Shown piece after piece: positions 1-13,210 of a DNA stretch of 64,000 bases. This DNA is from Camelus dromedarius (lineage: Eukaryota), in assembly GCF_036321535.1 (NCBI RefSeq), contig NC_087436.1, positions 33,048,001-33,112,000 on the forward strand. The letters are read 5' to 3'. Both the position numbers and the translations under genes were made by a program. Within the stretch, counting starts at the first letter, position 1. Every line of letters begins with the position of its first letter. Below the pieces are notes generated by a model. The model saw only the letters and a list, made by a program, of their open reading frames with translations. It did not search any database and was not told the origin of the DNA.

Positions 1-869
1 AAGCAAAAGCCTAATTAGTGGTGGTGACACCTGCCCACCAAAGAATGATGGAAGACCATCAGCTCAAGTCTCAAAGATCACTGAATGTCTAGTAGGTTGT
101 GAAAATATTTGATCATGACTCATTCACCACTTGGACTAGGTTCAAAGTAGGGAACTCATTTCTAATTCCTTCAAGTGTTCAGCTACCTCCTCTGAATAAA
201 ATACATAATACCACCTAAGTATAACACTATACCCTCTGTGATTTTGGCTCTTCTGCGGGTTGATTATTGTACACCGCCTCAGAGTAAGTTCTCTTTTATT
301 CTGGCACATCTCTTTGTGTTTGTTACATGATATTAGTAAGGAGATCAGCAAATTTTAAAGTATATTCATGTTGAGAAATTCTTTTGTTTGCTTATTTTTT
401 ACACTAATGAAAAAACTTACGAAAACAGGGTAAACTTTTTCCTTCATGAATACTTAAAAAGTGAAGCTAGTAATTTTCCTCTGCTTTTTTTTCTATAATA
501 ATAGCCATTTTATCTTTATCTGTGATTTTTGAATCTTTAATTTGTTACATTCTTGTAGGTGACTTAGAAACACAGAGACGTGCTGAAAATAGTGTGCTAA
601 TTTTCTTTAACACTCTGTTCAGTATTTTCAAATCCTACTCTGTTCCCCTTACTTTAACCTGTTTAGAGTGTTTTTGTAGTAATTTATTTCCCTCATGACC
701 ATTTTTGTTAGACTATTTTATTGTTTTCCTAGCTCAGTACTACTTATGCTGTCTAAAATTGAGGGATTAAAAAAATCAATCTCTAAATTGTCAAAGGGGC
801 AGATAAAATTCATTGGTTAATTTTTTTTTCTCATCAAAGATTCCATATCTTTTAAGGCATATGGTATTT

Positions 870-2810
870 TTTGAATATATTTAGGAAATACATCATACAA
901 AAGACTATATAAATTCAAATGTACCGGAAATTATAAAAGTAAAAGTAGCACCTATGTACCAATCCTCCAGCTTAAGAAATACAACATAAGCCAGTGTTAC
1001 CCTTCCCAGATCACATTACTTTCCCTTTCTGTATTTTGTGTCTGACCACATGTATACACCCTAACAGTATGTTTACTTTACTGGTGTTGAACTTTGTGAA
1101 AATGAAATTGTAATGTATGGTGTGTGTATTCCATACCTTATATCTTTTGCTCAACATTGTTTGAGATTCACTTTTGTTGCCATGCATAGTACTATATCAT
1201 TCATTTTCATTGCTGAAGAGAATTTCAGTATATGAATGTAACAATTTATTTCTCCATTCCACATAGCTCATATAACCACATAACAACAATAGCTTAACAG
1301 ACTTGTCGAGCATTTGTTTTGGTAAACATTTGTGATCATTGTCAGGAACAACGCTGCTGTGCGTGTTCTTATGTAAGTCTGTTCGTACATAGATGTAAGA
1401 TTTTCTCTTAGGAGTAGAATTTTCTCATAGGGGTTTCTGCATAATCATAGACTCAACTTTAAATGCCAGATATGTTCCAAAGTGTTTGTACACCAGTTAC
1501 ACACACACCAGCAGTGGCCAGGTAGGTGAGTCCTCCACAGTTTTGTTAAAATTGACATTGACTCACTTTAAAATTTTTACATGAAATTCTACTTTGTTGT
1601 GGTTTTAAATTATATTTCCTGATTACTAACAAGGACGAGCACATTTTCATGTTTATGATCCATTTGTTTCCTCTTTTGAAAATTGCTATTCATGTCTGTT
1701 ACAATTTTTATTTGGGTTATTTGTCTTTTTCTTTATGATTAATAAGAATTTTTATATATCCTGAATACTAATTCTTACTTACAGATGCTGCAAATGTTCC
1801 CCCCCCCCAGGCAACTGCTTGTCTATTTATTCTTTTCATGGTGTATTTTGAGAAACAGAAGTTCTTCATTTTAATGTAGCTGAATTTATTGTTTTCTTTA
1901 TGATTGTATCTTTTGTATTTTATTAATGAATCTTTTCCTACCCAGGCTTATTAGTATACTACCCTAGTTGTCAAAGTAGAGATTTATAGGTCTTTATTTT
2001 ATAAAAATATAGTACTTAGTATATCTGGAATTTAAAATTTGTTTAGAGTGTGAGGTAGGGATCTTGTTTTTTTCTTCTTTTTTTCCAAATGATTAACAAC
2101 TCTCCCAGTATCTTTATTGAATAATCCTTTCCCCAACAATCTGTAACGTCAGCTCGGAAGTCATTTATATTTGCATGGATTTATTTCTGTTCTCTTGCTA
2201 TATATTACTCATATTGTTTATCTTTATACCTTACATTTGTTGTATTTATGATATATTATAGTAAGTCTCGATATTTAGCCAGGCAGGCAAGTCACTCTCA
2301 CCTTTCTATCTTTCAGGCATGTTTTTGTTGTTCCTAAGCCTTTATAATGCTATATGGATTTTAGAATTAGCTTGTCATACTTCATTAAAAAGCCCTATTT
2401 GGATTTTGACTAGAATTGCATTTAATCTATAGCTCAATTTGGGAGAATTTGCATCTTAACAACTGTTGGTATGCCTATCGAAAAACATAATATACCATTC
2501 CAAATAGAGAGGATTTAAAAAAATATCTTTCAGTGAGGATTTATAGTTTTCTTCACACATGGTTTGCAGACTTTTTGTTAGAGTTACTCTTTTATTTTTC
2601 TTTTGTGGCTTAAGAATATCTTCATGGGTATTTTATAAAATATACATGTTATAAACAAACAAAAAGTGCACAAAACATAAAGTTCAGCCTAATTATTTGA
2701 AATACAGCCAACCATGTGAGCAATCACCAGGTTAAGAAATAAAATATCGGTAGCTCTCAGAGGCCTGGTTTATGCCCTGTTCTTGTCATCCCTTACTCCT
2801 GATGTTTCTC
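870..2810 (-). mobile_element. Old L1 (L1M/L1ME-type): 3' UTR and ORF2 3' remnant, plus a second short L1 3'-end fragment at ~2630-2810
   Basis: Antisense L1 3' motifs such as 'ttttgctcaacattgtttgagattcac', 'ttaaattatatttcctgattactaac', 'gaaacagaagttcttcattttaatgtag' and 'ggattttgactagaattgcatttaatctatag'. Heavily diverged, no ORF. Confidence 0.8.
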
Positions 2811-2814
2811 TCTA

Positions 2815-4430
2815 GCTACTTACTCTCTTATCTCTTTCTTCCCCTTCATAGCTAAACATATGAAAAGCAATATCTAAACTTGTTGCTCCACTTCATTTCT
2901 TCATCGACTTCCCAACCTTCTGTAAATGGCTTCTGCCCCTTTCCTACCTGCTGTCACTGTAATTGGCAACGACAGTACGTCTAAGGAACCTATTTTAGAT
3001 TATCATAACTTATCGTAACTTTTTTCCCAGAAATATATGACATATGATACAATCAATCATTCTTTGCTTCATAAAACACTTTATTTTGACTCCTGTGATT
3101 GATAACTCACCATATTTTTCTCCCAACTACCTCGCCACACCTTCTTACTTCTTGTGCAGAATCCTTGTGCTCTGTCTGGTGGATACTGTTCCGGGTCCTT
3201 CCTCCTTCACTCTAAATATGCAGCCTGGGTAATCTCATCCATTCCAGTTCTCTCAGTTACTATTGGTAGACTGATGACTCATCCTCATTTCCCGTCTCCT
3301 GGGCCTCAGGTGTAACCTGTCCAACTACATGTTCTGTAAGTCATTTGGATGTTCCTCAGGGACTGGATACTCAATGTCCCAGATGTCCCAGACTGAACTC
3401 ACCGTCTTGTGCTCTCAATCGTAGCAAATGCTACCATAGACCAGGCACTTGCCCAAGGCAAAATACTTGAAGTTATTCTTGATTGCTTCTTTTCTTTTCC
3501 TCAACTCCCAAGTCTGATAAATTACCATTTTCTGTTGGTTTTAATGCTGTTTGAATCTCTCTGTTTCATTTCATCTCCACTAATGTCACCACAGATCAGC
3601 TTTCATTATCCCTTCCTTGAATTTCTATACCATCTTCCCAGGAGATTTTAGTGGTCTCAGTGTTTGTTCTTCTAAAGGCATTTTCTACAGTGCAGCCAGA
3701 GTAGTCTTTATGAAGAAAAATATGATCATGTTCCTCCTATGTAAGACTTCTAACTGCTTCCCACTTATCTCAATTAAAAAACAAAGAAACAAAAAGCAAC
3801 CATTTTCTTTACATGGCCAGCATGACCGTGTAAGATTGTTATCCTCTCATCTCTTCACTCCTGCTTTATATCCTCTTGTAAAAAATTTCCTCCCACCTCC
3901 ATCAGGCAGCACCTCTCCCCCACCTCCCTACCATGTTGCTTCCCTAATGTTCTACATTTCCTGTCTCCTAGAACTCATTATACTCTATTGTACTTAGAGG
4001 TTTACTTGTCTGAGTCTCCCCTTCATTAGGCTCTGTGAGTAGATTTACCAAAGTTTTTAACAAAAATGCTAACAATATGATTTAGACTATAATTTTAAAA
4101 AATCATGATATGTAAAATTTAGTGGCAGTAATTTATATTATTATATTATAAGCTGATATTTTCCACTAAGTTACATTGACTCATTGTGTATCATAACATA
4201 ATAATATACTTGATCTGGGAAAAAAAGACATTTATAGGTTTGATTTTTTTTCTCTTTATTTGTAAGTTCAAAATTAAGGCCATCTAGTTCAAAATTTATA
4301 CCTGACAAAGTTTTCTGGAAAGCTCGCCCAAGTCCATTTGTTGATCATTGTATACCAAGTGCCTAGCACAGGGCTTGACACATAACGAGTACTCATTAAA
4401 TAATTGTCGGTTGAGCGAATGAATGAGATA
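2815..4430 (+). mobile_element. L2 LINE 3' portion, interrupted at ~4040-4320
   Basis: Pyrimidine-rich L2 body ('ttggatgttcctcagg...tcaatgtcccaga...ctgaactc', 'acagtgcagccagagtagtcttt') and canonical L2 3' end 'gtgcctagcacagggcttgacacataacgagtactcattaaataattgtcggttgagcgaatgaatga'. Confidence 0.75.
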
Positions 4431-4830
4431 ATGTAGGGGGGGAAAGAAGAAATAATTAAGTGTTTGTATTTATCTGGAAAAATTAGGAGGGCAATTGCAT
4501 GTTTAACAAGCTCCAGCGTATAGCAAAAGGAGCAGGTGTAACAAAGGGAGAAACGTTTGGGGATTTAGTGCTTCCACAATCATGATTTTCCTCCTGGTCA
4601 TTCCTGACCTCCTTTCAGAATAACAGTTCAGCTAAATCCTCACCTTTAAAATAAATTATTTTGTTAAGAATAGACATTGTTTGTTTTTGATGATAAGCCA
4701 TCTATTTTTCCTGCAGCAGTAGTTTTGTAAAGTTTCCACCTCTGTCATGCTGGGTATCTGCCACCTCTGCTTCCACCTACCTCTGTTTGATGATAAACAC
4801 TACTGAGGCAACTGTCAGTATTCTCTAGAT

Positions 4831-5051
4831 CAGTGGTCAGCAAACTTTATCTGTAAAAGGCCAGATACTAAATGTGTTTAGCTTTGTGGGCCTGGGGTCC
4901 CTTTGCAACTACATACCTCTGACTTTGTAGTGGGAAAACAGTCAGAGATGCTGTGTAGACAGGTGAGCATGGCTCTGTTTCAATAAAAGTTTGTTTACAA
5001 AATCTGGTTGAAGGATATCTTAACCCATGGGCCATAGCTTTTCAACCCTAG
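4831..5051 (-). mobile_element. MER58A-like hAT-Charlie MITE
   Basis: Termini 'cagtggtcagcaaact...ttcaaccctag' and a MER58A-like body. 8-bp TSD: ctctagat (4823-4830) / ctctagag (5052-5059). Confidence 0.85.
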
Positions 5052-6053
5052 CTCTAGAGGAAATATTGGAGGAAGGCGGAAAACCTACAAGAGTAAGCCT
5101 ACATTAGAACTCCACTCTGTTTAGTCATTTTTCTCCTTTTATAAAGAACAGGTGAGGATGAGCAGCAAAGCCTATGGCCGTGAGAAGATGAGGGAGGCAG
5201 CTGTGTCCTCAATCCCTATTCTGCACTGGTGATTTTGCCAGACATGCCTTTGCATTTCCACCCTCCATGGTGATGCCTTTGACTTTCAGTTTGAAAAGCA
5301 ACTGGTTTAGAAAAATAGTTTCTCCGGAATAATGGTTTCAATATTTATTTTACATGAGCAAAATATGTTTGAGATAAATTTGGGCGACTTTCAAAATAGC
5401 TCTAGGGACTTCTGTGGTATATCTGTAAGTGTTTACAAGGCAGAGATTGCAAATTATTTTTAAACCAGGAATAGCTCGGTAACTGAATGCTTCCTTATTG
5501 AAAGGTCAATGGATTCCCCCAAGAAAAAGCAAGCGTACTAAGTCTGACCACTTCAACAGAATTTTAATAAGTTCCAGGGTATGTGGCAAGTGTGGACGAG
5601 GCAAAGAAAGCAGCCGTTTTCCTGCTGTATGCCTGTACCCTGGTTCTAGATGTGTACGTCCCAGCACTGTGCCAGCAGCACTGTAATCTACTTTGGGGTA
5701 GAATATCAGTAAGAAAACTGAAGCTAAATTCATATTGTATGTTGTAACATATTTTTTAAAAACCCTATCTCATGATTTCTCCTGATGCAACAAGAATTAA
5801 CCTATTTCATTCAAGTTTTATGTTTAGCAACTTACTGGGGCACTTTTCCATCATTGTTATTCCCTACCTATCTGAGTTACATGACAGTAAGGGACTGGTC
5901 CAGTCTGAAAAGTGCTTCATGAGCTTTCTCCAGGGAAGTGTCATTGGAGACTGAGAGGTGTGTAGACTCAGGACTTTAAAACAGTGAGAAAAAATTAGAA
6001 TAATTTTTTTTTTTAAATTAAGACTTTTTTTAGGGCATTTTGGCACTCAAGAA

Positions 6054-6226
6054 CAATGGCTTTTAAAATTTTGGAATCACCAGGTGAGCTTGTGCAGATG
6101 CTTGGGATTTGCCTCTAGAAATTATGATTGTGTAAATCTAAAGAGGTGCCCAAGAATCTTCTCTTATTCATCATTGTAGATAATTCTGAGGTAGTTGGTC
6201 CACAGACTTCACTTTGAGAAACACTG
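6054..6226. mobile_element. MER5-like hAT-Charlie MITE
   Basis: 'ggaatcaccaggtgagcttgt...' and terminal 'cactttgagaaacactg', typical of MER5A. Confidence 0.7.
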
Positions 6227-7959
6227 CTCTTAAAGCTTACTTCTTCTGTGTCTCATGGGGGTCTGTAGCAAATAGCTTACTGGGATAGAAACTGTGTATC
6301 ACCTTTGGGTTGCCTCCAAAGTGTTCTCTGGTGTATGAAAAATTTTATGATTTGAATTGTGCACTTCATTCAGCAAGACCGTACTGGCTCACGCATTCAA
6401 CAGTAATTCCGTGGAAGCTACAATAAAGAGGCAGATGCTTGGATCCTGCTGTTTCTGTGATAGAAATGATCGTATTCAGCAGCAAAATCCAGAGAGACTG
6501 GATGAAACCTAATCAGTCAAGTCAGTTTCCAGAAATAAAATCCATTCCTGAGAACGAAGAACAATACTATGCAAGTCATTAAAATCATTACATCAGTCTA
6601 GCATTTGAAGAAAAGATTTTTATGTTTCTCCCTTGTTTTATATATATCCAGACCACTTAATCCCATAATTCTTTCCACTGACTGCCAAGATGACAATCAA
6701 AGAATGAATTGAAATGACATTTCAGGAGTTTCACTCTTGAAATGATTAAGCATATTTGGTGATAAAAGCTGCATTATTAATAAAGAAACAATCTACAGAT
6801 GTATACTATTGTTTTGTTGTTGAAGAGCTGTAGTTATTTCCCCTAAAAGCTCACTTTTAATTGTTCAGTAAATATTAAAAAGAATGTTGCTCATCAAGTT
6901 ATAGTTTCAGATACCTTTCTTCCTTCTTCCTTCCCTTCCTCCATTCTCTCTCCTTCTTTCTTCTTTCTCACCTTGTCTTCTTTAAAATGTGCACATTTAA
7001 GGAACAGCTTTGCTACATTGTATAGTAGCATAGACTGGTAAAGCTTTTTCTTTGATTTTGATACTGCTATTGATTAACATAATTTTGAGCTACTTTCTTA
7101 ATGACTAATTTCTCTATTTTTATCAAGAGCAAGTTGATATTGGCTGTGCAGATCAAGATACATAAACAATTGAAATAAGATAGAAAATTTAGCTTATTCT
7201 AAAGTACTAGTAGGTAATCACGAACATTCCTATCTTCTATAAGAGATTCTGTTAATTCAAACTCATTTGTTTTGAAATTGAGTTTTAAGGGTTTGTTTAA
7301 ATCACCACTCTATTCCTGAGGAGCAATATAGCATATGCCAGAGAAGAAGCCCCTTTCTGGAGTTTTATACTGACTTTAATGGCGCCTGACCCTCTCGTGA
7401 ATAACTGCTCGTAAAAATAAGTTGTTGACATTAGTGAAGAGAATACACTCTTTCATGCTCTGGCAAGCTCCATAATAACTTACATCTGATCTATCTTAAA
7501 ACTGAGTCTCTGCTTCACTGTCACAGCATTGGTCACTTATGATTATTTTTAGCTCCTTAACAATATTTAGAAAGTGTTTCATTGTACATCATGCTAAAAA
7601 GGATATAGTAATTTCATTTTGGCATCACAGGCATAGTTTGTGCTAATTTAGATCCAAACCGTAAGAACATCTGTCAATTCCTGTTTGTTAATGAGAGCTC
7701 CAGCACTTCTTTCTGATGCTATCAGGAGACCAGCACACACCATCCTCAGAACCTACTTTGTGACTCCCACACCCCGCCTGTAGGTTTTGATGTACAGCCT
7801 GACTATGACTTCGAGTTCTTCTAATAATTTATTGTCAAAGAGATATCAGAAGGAATATAATATTTAGATGAAGAAAACCTGGCTTGCGCAGAAACAACTG
7901 AATATTGTCAGTCACCTTGTTGAAATTGTTATTGACTTAATGAAATTAACGTTAACCTC

Positions 7960-8165
7960 CAGGAGATAGAGCAAAGGGTAATAGACTAGGAACCAGAGAC
8001 CTGGCAGGGCCACTGAATGACCAGGGCAAGTCATTTAGTCTCACTGAACTTTATTTTTCCCATCTGTGACTTGAGATAATAAAATGGATTTTTATGGGAT
8101 CAAATGAGATAATCTGCCTTACAGTGTATTGTGAACTATAAAGTTCTACGTAATATGTGGAGTTA
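7960..8165 (+). mobile_element. MIR SINE
   Basis: MIR core 'tgaccagggcaagtcatttagtctcactgaactttatttttcccatctgtgac' followed by 'ggatcaaatgagataat'. Confidence 0.7.
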
Positions 8166-11100
8166 CTGCTCTTAATGTTGAATTTACATCTATTAGATTA
8201 AGAATATGTGAATTGGAAACGTTAGTCTAAGAATTGACTGGTTTCCAATGAATGAGCAATTTGCTAGTATATTTTCAGGAAAAAGCTTTTTTTCCCCTCT
8301 TATTGTCCTCTAGAACATAATTTTGGCACAATTTTTTTTCCTACCATAGAATACCAAGTAGTATGGTAATGTGAAATACTTTATGATCAGATGGGTTATG
8401 CTTAGAATATTCTTTTCTCTGTATCAACCAAGCCATAACAGTGGAAAAACCCAAGTCAATTTTATTTGATCTCTATGGTTTTGTTTCTCTATCCCTCACA
8501 CCACATTCCTGGAAAATTACTTTATCTGGTTGGTGGAAATAGTAGCCTGTTCTTTCAGATTACAGCTTCTGAATTATCAAAGATAAAGCACACTCAATGG
8601 CCTTGTAAACAGTGGTTTAACACACTAATTAGTCCTTCATAGAACCTTAACAAGAGATGATAAAACTGTGAACTTTTTTCCTTTTCTTAGCCTATTCCAT
8701 GTAAAAAAAGAGTAATTCAGAATTTGGAGTGCAGGGGAGAGAAGAAACGTCTGTGTATTTTGAAAAAGCTCCCCTGATAGCAAGGTGATCCTCTTGTTAA
8801 GTCATTTTCCCCTTCTTTTTATCGCTCCTCTGTTCTCTGGCTGGCTGTATTTCTGTAAACTTTTTGTTTCAAAAGGTTTATGAAAAATAAGTTTGTATCA
8901 TAATGACATTCTCTCCAGTGGGAAACAAATGAGAGAAATTTGTTAAGTATATAGGAAGCTGGAAAGTTGAAACGTTGGTTTAGTACACAGATGCATAGCA
9001 GGTAAATATGCTCCTTCTGTTAAACTATATTTGTAGTTTCTGTTTTGCTGGGATAAGGTGAAAGATGAGAAGTGCTAATGCCTGGGCTATTAAAAAAAGA
9101 TTATTAAGGAAGAGATGAAAGGAATATAGATTTTGGCAGGATATTGTATATGACAGTTTCAGAATTTAGAATCCATGAAATCCCACTGTGCCTTTTTTAT
9201 TTCCTTCTATCCTGAACACATGCAATTAAAAATCAAGTAGTATATAAGCAGTGAATTCACTGGGTACCACCAGAGCTATGTGGGCTTGGTTTTGTGATTG
9301 TGAGTTTTAGGAAAGAGCTTCTGGGACAAGAAGTATAAAAATGAAAGAAGAAAAAATGGTAGCACTATGAGGAAGCAACTAGAGGTTTTCCCTTCCTCTT
9401 CATCCCGTAGCAAGTGGTGTACCATCTGTCTATGCCAATTTCAATGAATAAGTATTGTCAAGTGTGGATCCTGACAAAGGCTGGGAGTTTGCACCATGAT
9501 GCTGAAAGCAAGATTTATTGCTGAAACATTGGGCTGGGAGCTACAGGGGCACGGACTTCTTCTGAATCCCCATGAAGCATGGATGTATGGATGAGTGTTT
9601 AATAAAATGGGATTTTCAGAGAATTCTCAGTTTCTGTATTCATTCTGTAGATTTGATGTTTGCTTTGTTGTTTTATATTTATTGAATCTCTTTGTTCTCA
9701 TTTGAAACAAGAGGACAATATTGGCTAGCCATTAAATTATGTTTTCTGGATGTCTTGTATTAAGACCAATATGAACTGAATTGAGATAAAATAAAGGAGT
9801 GATCAGGGCTCTCATGTTTTATTGTGCAGTTCTATAGGAAGGATCCAAGTAATTAATTAATTGTATTTCCTTTTGTCTGAGATAATTTTAAAGTGACATT
9901 AAAAAGTTATGTAAAATAGAGCAAATTAGATAATGCTAAAAAATATTTGCAAAAGAAGAAAGTAAAACCATTGTAGGGAAATGACATAAAATAGAGAGGG
10001 AGTAGGCACAAGACAGCAATGCCTATGTCACAAGTTACTCAAGTGCTTTGATTGAGTGCTAAATACAGTTCTAAAATTTCTTGTAGCCAATTAGAAAAGT
10101 TCAGTTACTCAATTTCAAGTGTCTGTTAAATGAAACAGAAAAATTCCTCAGGAGAATTGCTGTGTTAGACTTAGATTACAGCAGCAACGAAGGAACTTTT
10201 CTCCTTGCTTACTTAAAAAAAATACAACATGTTCTAGAACTCTAGTCTTCACAATAATTTAAGTTTTTATAACATGGAAATCTCTAAATTCATTATGTAT
10301 GGCTATGATGCCAAGACAGTAGAGTGACAGACTCCAAATCAGAAACCCAGAATCTCATCCACATGTCAATTTTGGGCTTTATTATCATCATTTGTTAATA
10401 AGGAACACCTTTGTTGTGTTGTTCTGAAGTAATAAACCTAAAAATTAATTAACATTCAAATTTGAGTAAGTTGGTTATAGTCATCCAGTGATGCCTCCCC
10501 ATACTTTATAATATGGATGATATGCAGTTTTTTAAAACAGATTCAGTATTCTTCACCTGGACAGTTTTTTTCTGCCTGATATTCCATTCATTCATTTATG
10601 ACTCTTTGCAGTGAAGGGCTGCATGACATCTGTTTCAAATCAGATTTTCCCTAATTTTTATGTATGCCCTCTTGTTCCATCATCTGCATTAAAATTCACA
10701 AGCAGACATGCTCTATCCCACACCAGATTTCATCTTCTGTACTGCAGATCTATAAAACCTATCTTTACTGACTTTTTTCACAGATCTCGTCTGTAAGCAT
10801 TTGTCTTCTTGGCATTCCTTTCTTTCACCTTTGACCAGAAATCAGGCATAGTTTTGGGTCCTTCTTTTGGCATGTCGATGGCTGAAGCATCTTTCTGTAA
10901 AAGAGAAGAGCTAATCAAGTTGGCAATCCAAGAGAGGTCTGTGTATTCTCACGTCTCAGATGTGTAACACCTTCTCATAGTTCTCTCAGTGCCTTTTTTC
11001 ATTTCTGTGGAGTTTAAAAAATTATTCCCCTGCACGGTAAAGACATCTGGACACTCTTAATACGTGTCTGGTTGTATGTTGTATATGTGTTTTCCTTTAA

Positions 11101-12393
11101 GAAGAGGCAGATTCTGACCCTTTTGCTCGTGTTCATTCTTATAGGATTGGTAAAATTCTTACTGTGAATGGAGTCATTCTTTCCCAGCAAGGTAAACTTT
11201 TGGAAGCTTTGTTGGAAACATCTGTGTGACATCTCTTCTGTCTTGGAAAGCAGCCTGCTGGTGCAGTGCTGAGGGATTCGTTTAATTAAGAGGGACAGGA
11301 GCCTGCGTTGAATCGCTGAGTGGTGCAGCTCTGAAGTCTCCATTCTTCTCATGGGAACTTCGGTCTTTGCAGCACATCATTGAGGGATAGAAGATAGAGT
11401 TTTATACTTCCAGGGAATATCCTGCTATTTGGATGAGTGGATTTTAAGATGATAACATAATGAGCAACTTTGTGATTTCTATGCTCTATTAAGGCTAGTA
11501 GATTTTTAAATGTAATTGAATAATAATTTGCTTAGTACATACTATTTTTAGCTAGTGTACCTATATTATTCATGTCATGTACTCACAGAAATGATGAATA
11601 ATATATTGTTCATGCCTCTGAGCTCACAATCTAACAAGAGAGCTTATTGACCAATTGGAAAAAAAAGTTGATTATTTTAATGTTGATCTTTAGAAAGACC
11701 TTTAGTGCAATGGAGGAAAACTATTCTACTGTCTTCACATAATTATCTTTTACGTCTGTTAGCTTTGTTTTCAGATTCTGTGGTTTGAAACATACTTTGT
11801 GGGGGAGGCTTACCAAATGTTCGGCAGTATCCTTGTTATTTCCATTTGTTCAAACATCTAAAAATTCTTTTGCATTTGTAGAACCAGTGATTTGTAATTC
11901 TTGGGCTTAATCCTATTGCAAATGAGTGGACAGATTAAAAATATTTTGTTTCAGTTTTTCATGTTATTTCCAGCTATTATAGTTACCTAGTGACAATTTT
12001 CTGTGTTCTTGACTGGTTATTGGCATAACTTGTAGCTGGCATACCAGTTAATGAAAAATTATTATTTAAAATTCCCTCTTGTTTGACTGGAGCCTTAAAC
12101 TGTGGCCTTTGGGGTTGGAAGATTTTTTATATTGGGTTTTTATGCTAGTTGGGGATCATACCACTAAGTTATAAATTTAGCCGTCTTTCTTGATACACTC
12201 TTCTATATTTTACTACTAAACATTTTTAAGAAGAATGTGTTTAGATTCATTTAATATGTAATTGTTCCTTTAATATGTTTTCCATATGTCTACATATAGT
12301 TGTGGTCCTCTTTCTAACTGATAGGAAATATCAAGAATATAAGAAATGATGTAAGTGATAATTTGTGGAGTATTGAGATGTCATCAGTATTGA

Positions 12394-12612
12394 CAGGAGT
12401 TGGAAAACTACAGCCTGTGAGTCAAATCTGGTCCATCACCAATTTCTGTAAATTAAGTTTTCGTAACACAGCCATACCTGTTTGTTTACCTGCTGTCTAT
12501 GGCTGATTTTATACTATGAAGGCAGAGTCTCGTAGTTGCAACAAAGACCATGTGGCATGCAAAGCCTAAAATAATTAGCATCTGGTCTTTGCAGAAAGTT
12601 TGTAGATCCTTG
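12394..12612 (+). mobile_element. MER58A-like hAT-Charlie MITE, opposite orientation to the copy at 4831
   Basis: 'caggagttggaaaactacagcctgtgagtcaaatctgg...gtagttgcaacaaagaccatgtggcatgcaaagcctaaaata...gaaagtttgtagatccttg'. Confidence 0.85.
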
Positions 12613-13054
12613 GTCTGGAGGATGGCTTGATTTATTACTATGTAACTGTCCAGTGCAGTGGTGAAGCCACAGTTCATTTAGTTTCTCTTACAGAACCTGA
12701 ACATTTAATTTTCTTGGACAAATTAGGACATATGGAAATCTCCTAATGTGACTTACAGAGTCAGTGATTTCATGTAAATTAATATATTTCAAGCTCATTA
12801 TAGTGACAAGTTGGCCAACTCTTGATTGATTTAATATTTTGATAGTAGGTAATGAGATAATTAAGTTATTAATTTTAATGACTTATCAGGAAAGGGAAGT
12901 AAAATCAGCTGATCACCTCCCTCCTATGATCCAGGCTCTCTGCTAGGTTCCTGTCCCCAGGTGGCAGTTAAAAAATCTAGAAAGTAGCATGTTGCCAACA
13001 CAGAGAAGAAAGGCCTGCTGGCTTCCAAGGGAGACATTTCACTCCTCATATTCT

Positions 13055-13210
13055 CTCCTTCCAGTTTTCATTTTACCAGTGAGAAAATTGAATTCAGTTG
13101 AGTTAAATAACTTGACTGAAATTAGAAACTAGAAGGTGGCACAGCTGACATTTGAATGAAGATCTGCAGCTTTCCAAGGCCCAAGCTTCTTATGCTAAAC
13201 CGTATTGCCT
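13055..13210 (-). mobile_element. MIR SINE
   Basis: Reverse MIR core 'cattttaccagtgagaaaattgaattcagttgagttaaataacttgactgaa...gtggcacagctgacatttgaa'. Confidence 0.65.

Noticed and set aside
240..290. Donor-like AGA|GTAAGT at 284
   Set aside because: No convincing upstream acceptor or start context within the window.
3044..3997. ORFs of 62-126 aa
   Set aside because: They lie within a degraded L2 and give low-complexity Leu/Phe/Ser/Pro translations.
10829..10894. Resemblance of 'ASAIDMP' to phospholamban and 'LISGQR' to ELABELA
   Set aside because: Only a few residues match; the transmembrane or mature-peptide regions are absent.
11014..11352. 112-aa minus-strand ORF as a CDS
   Set aside because: No recognisable domain or homologue; an ORF of this length is plausible by chance. 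Kept only as context for the 10.8-kb findings.
4831..12612. Inverted MER58A pair as a composite transposon or dsRNA stem
   Set aside because: The first copy has its own TSD, and the copies are old, diverged and 7 kb apart; independent insertions.
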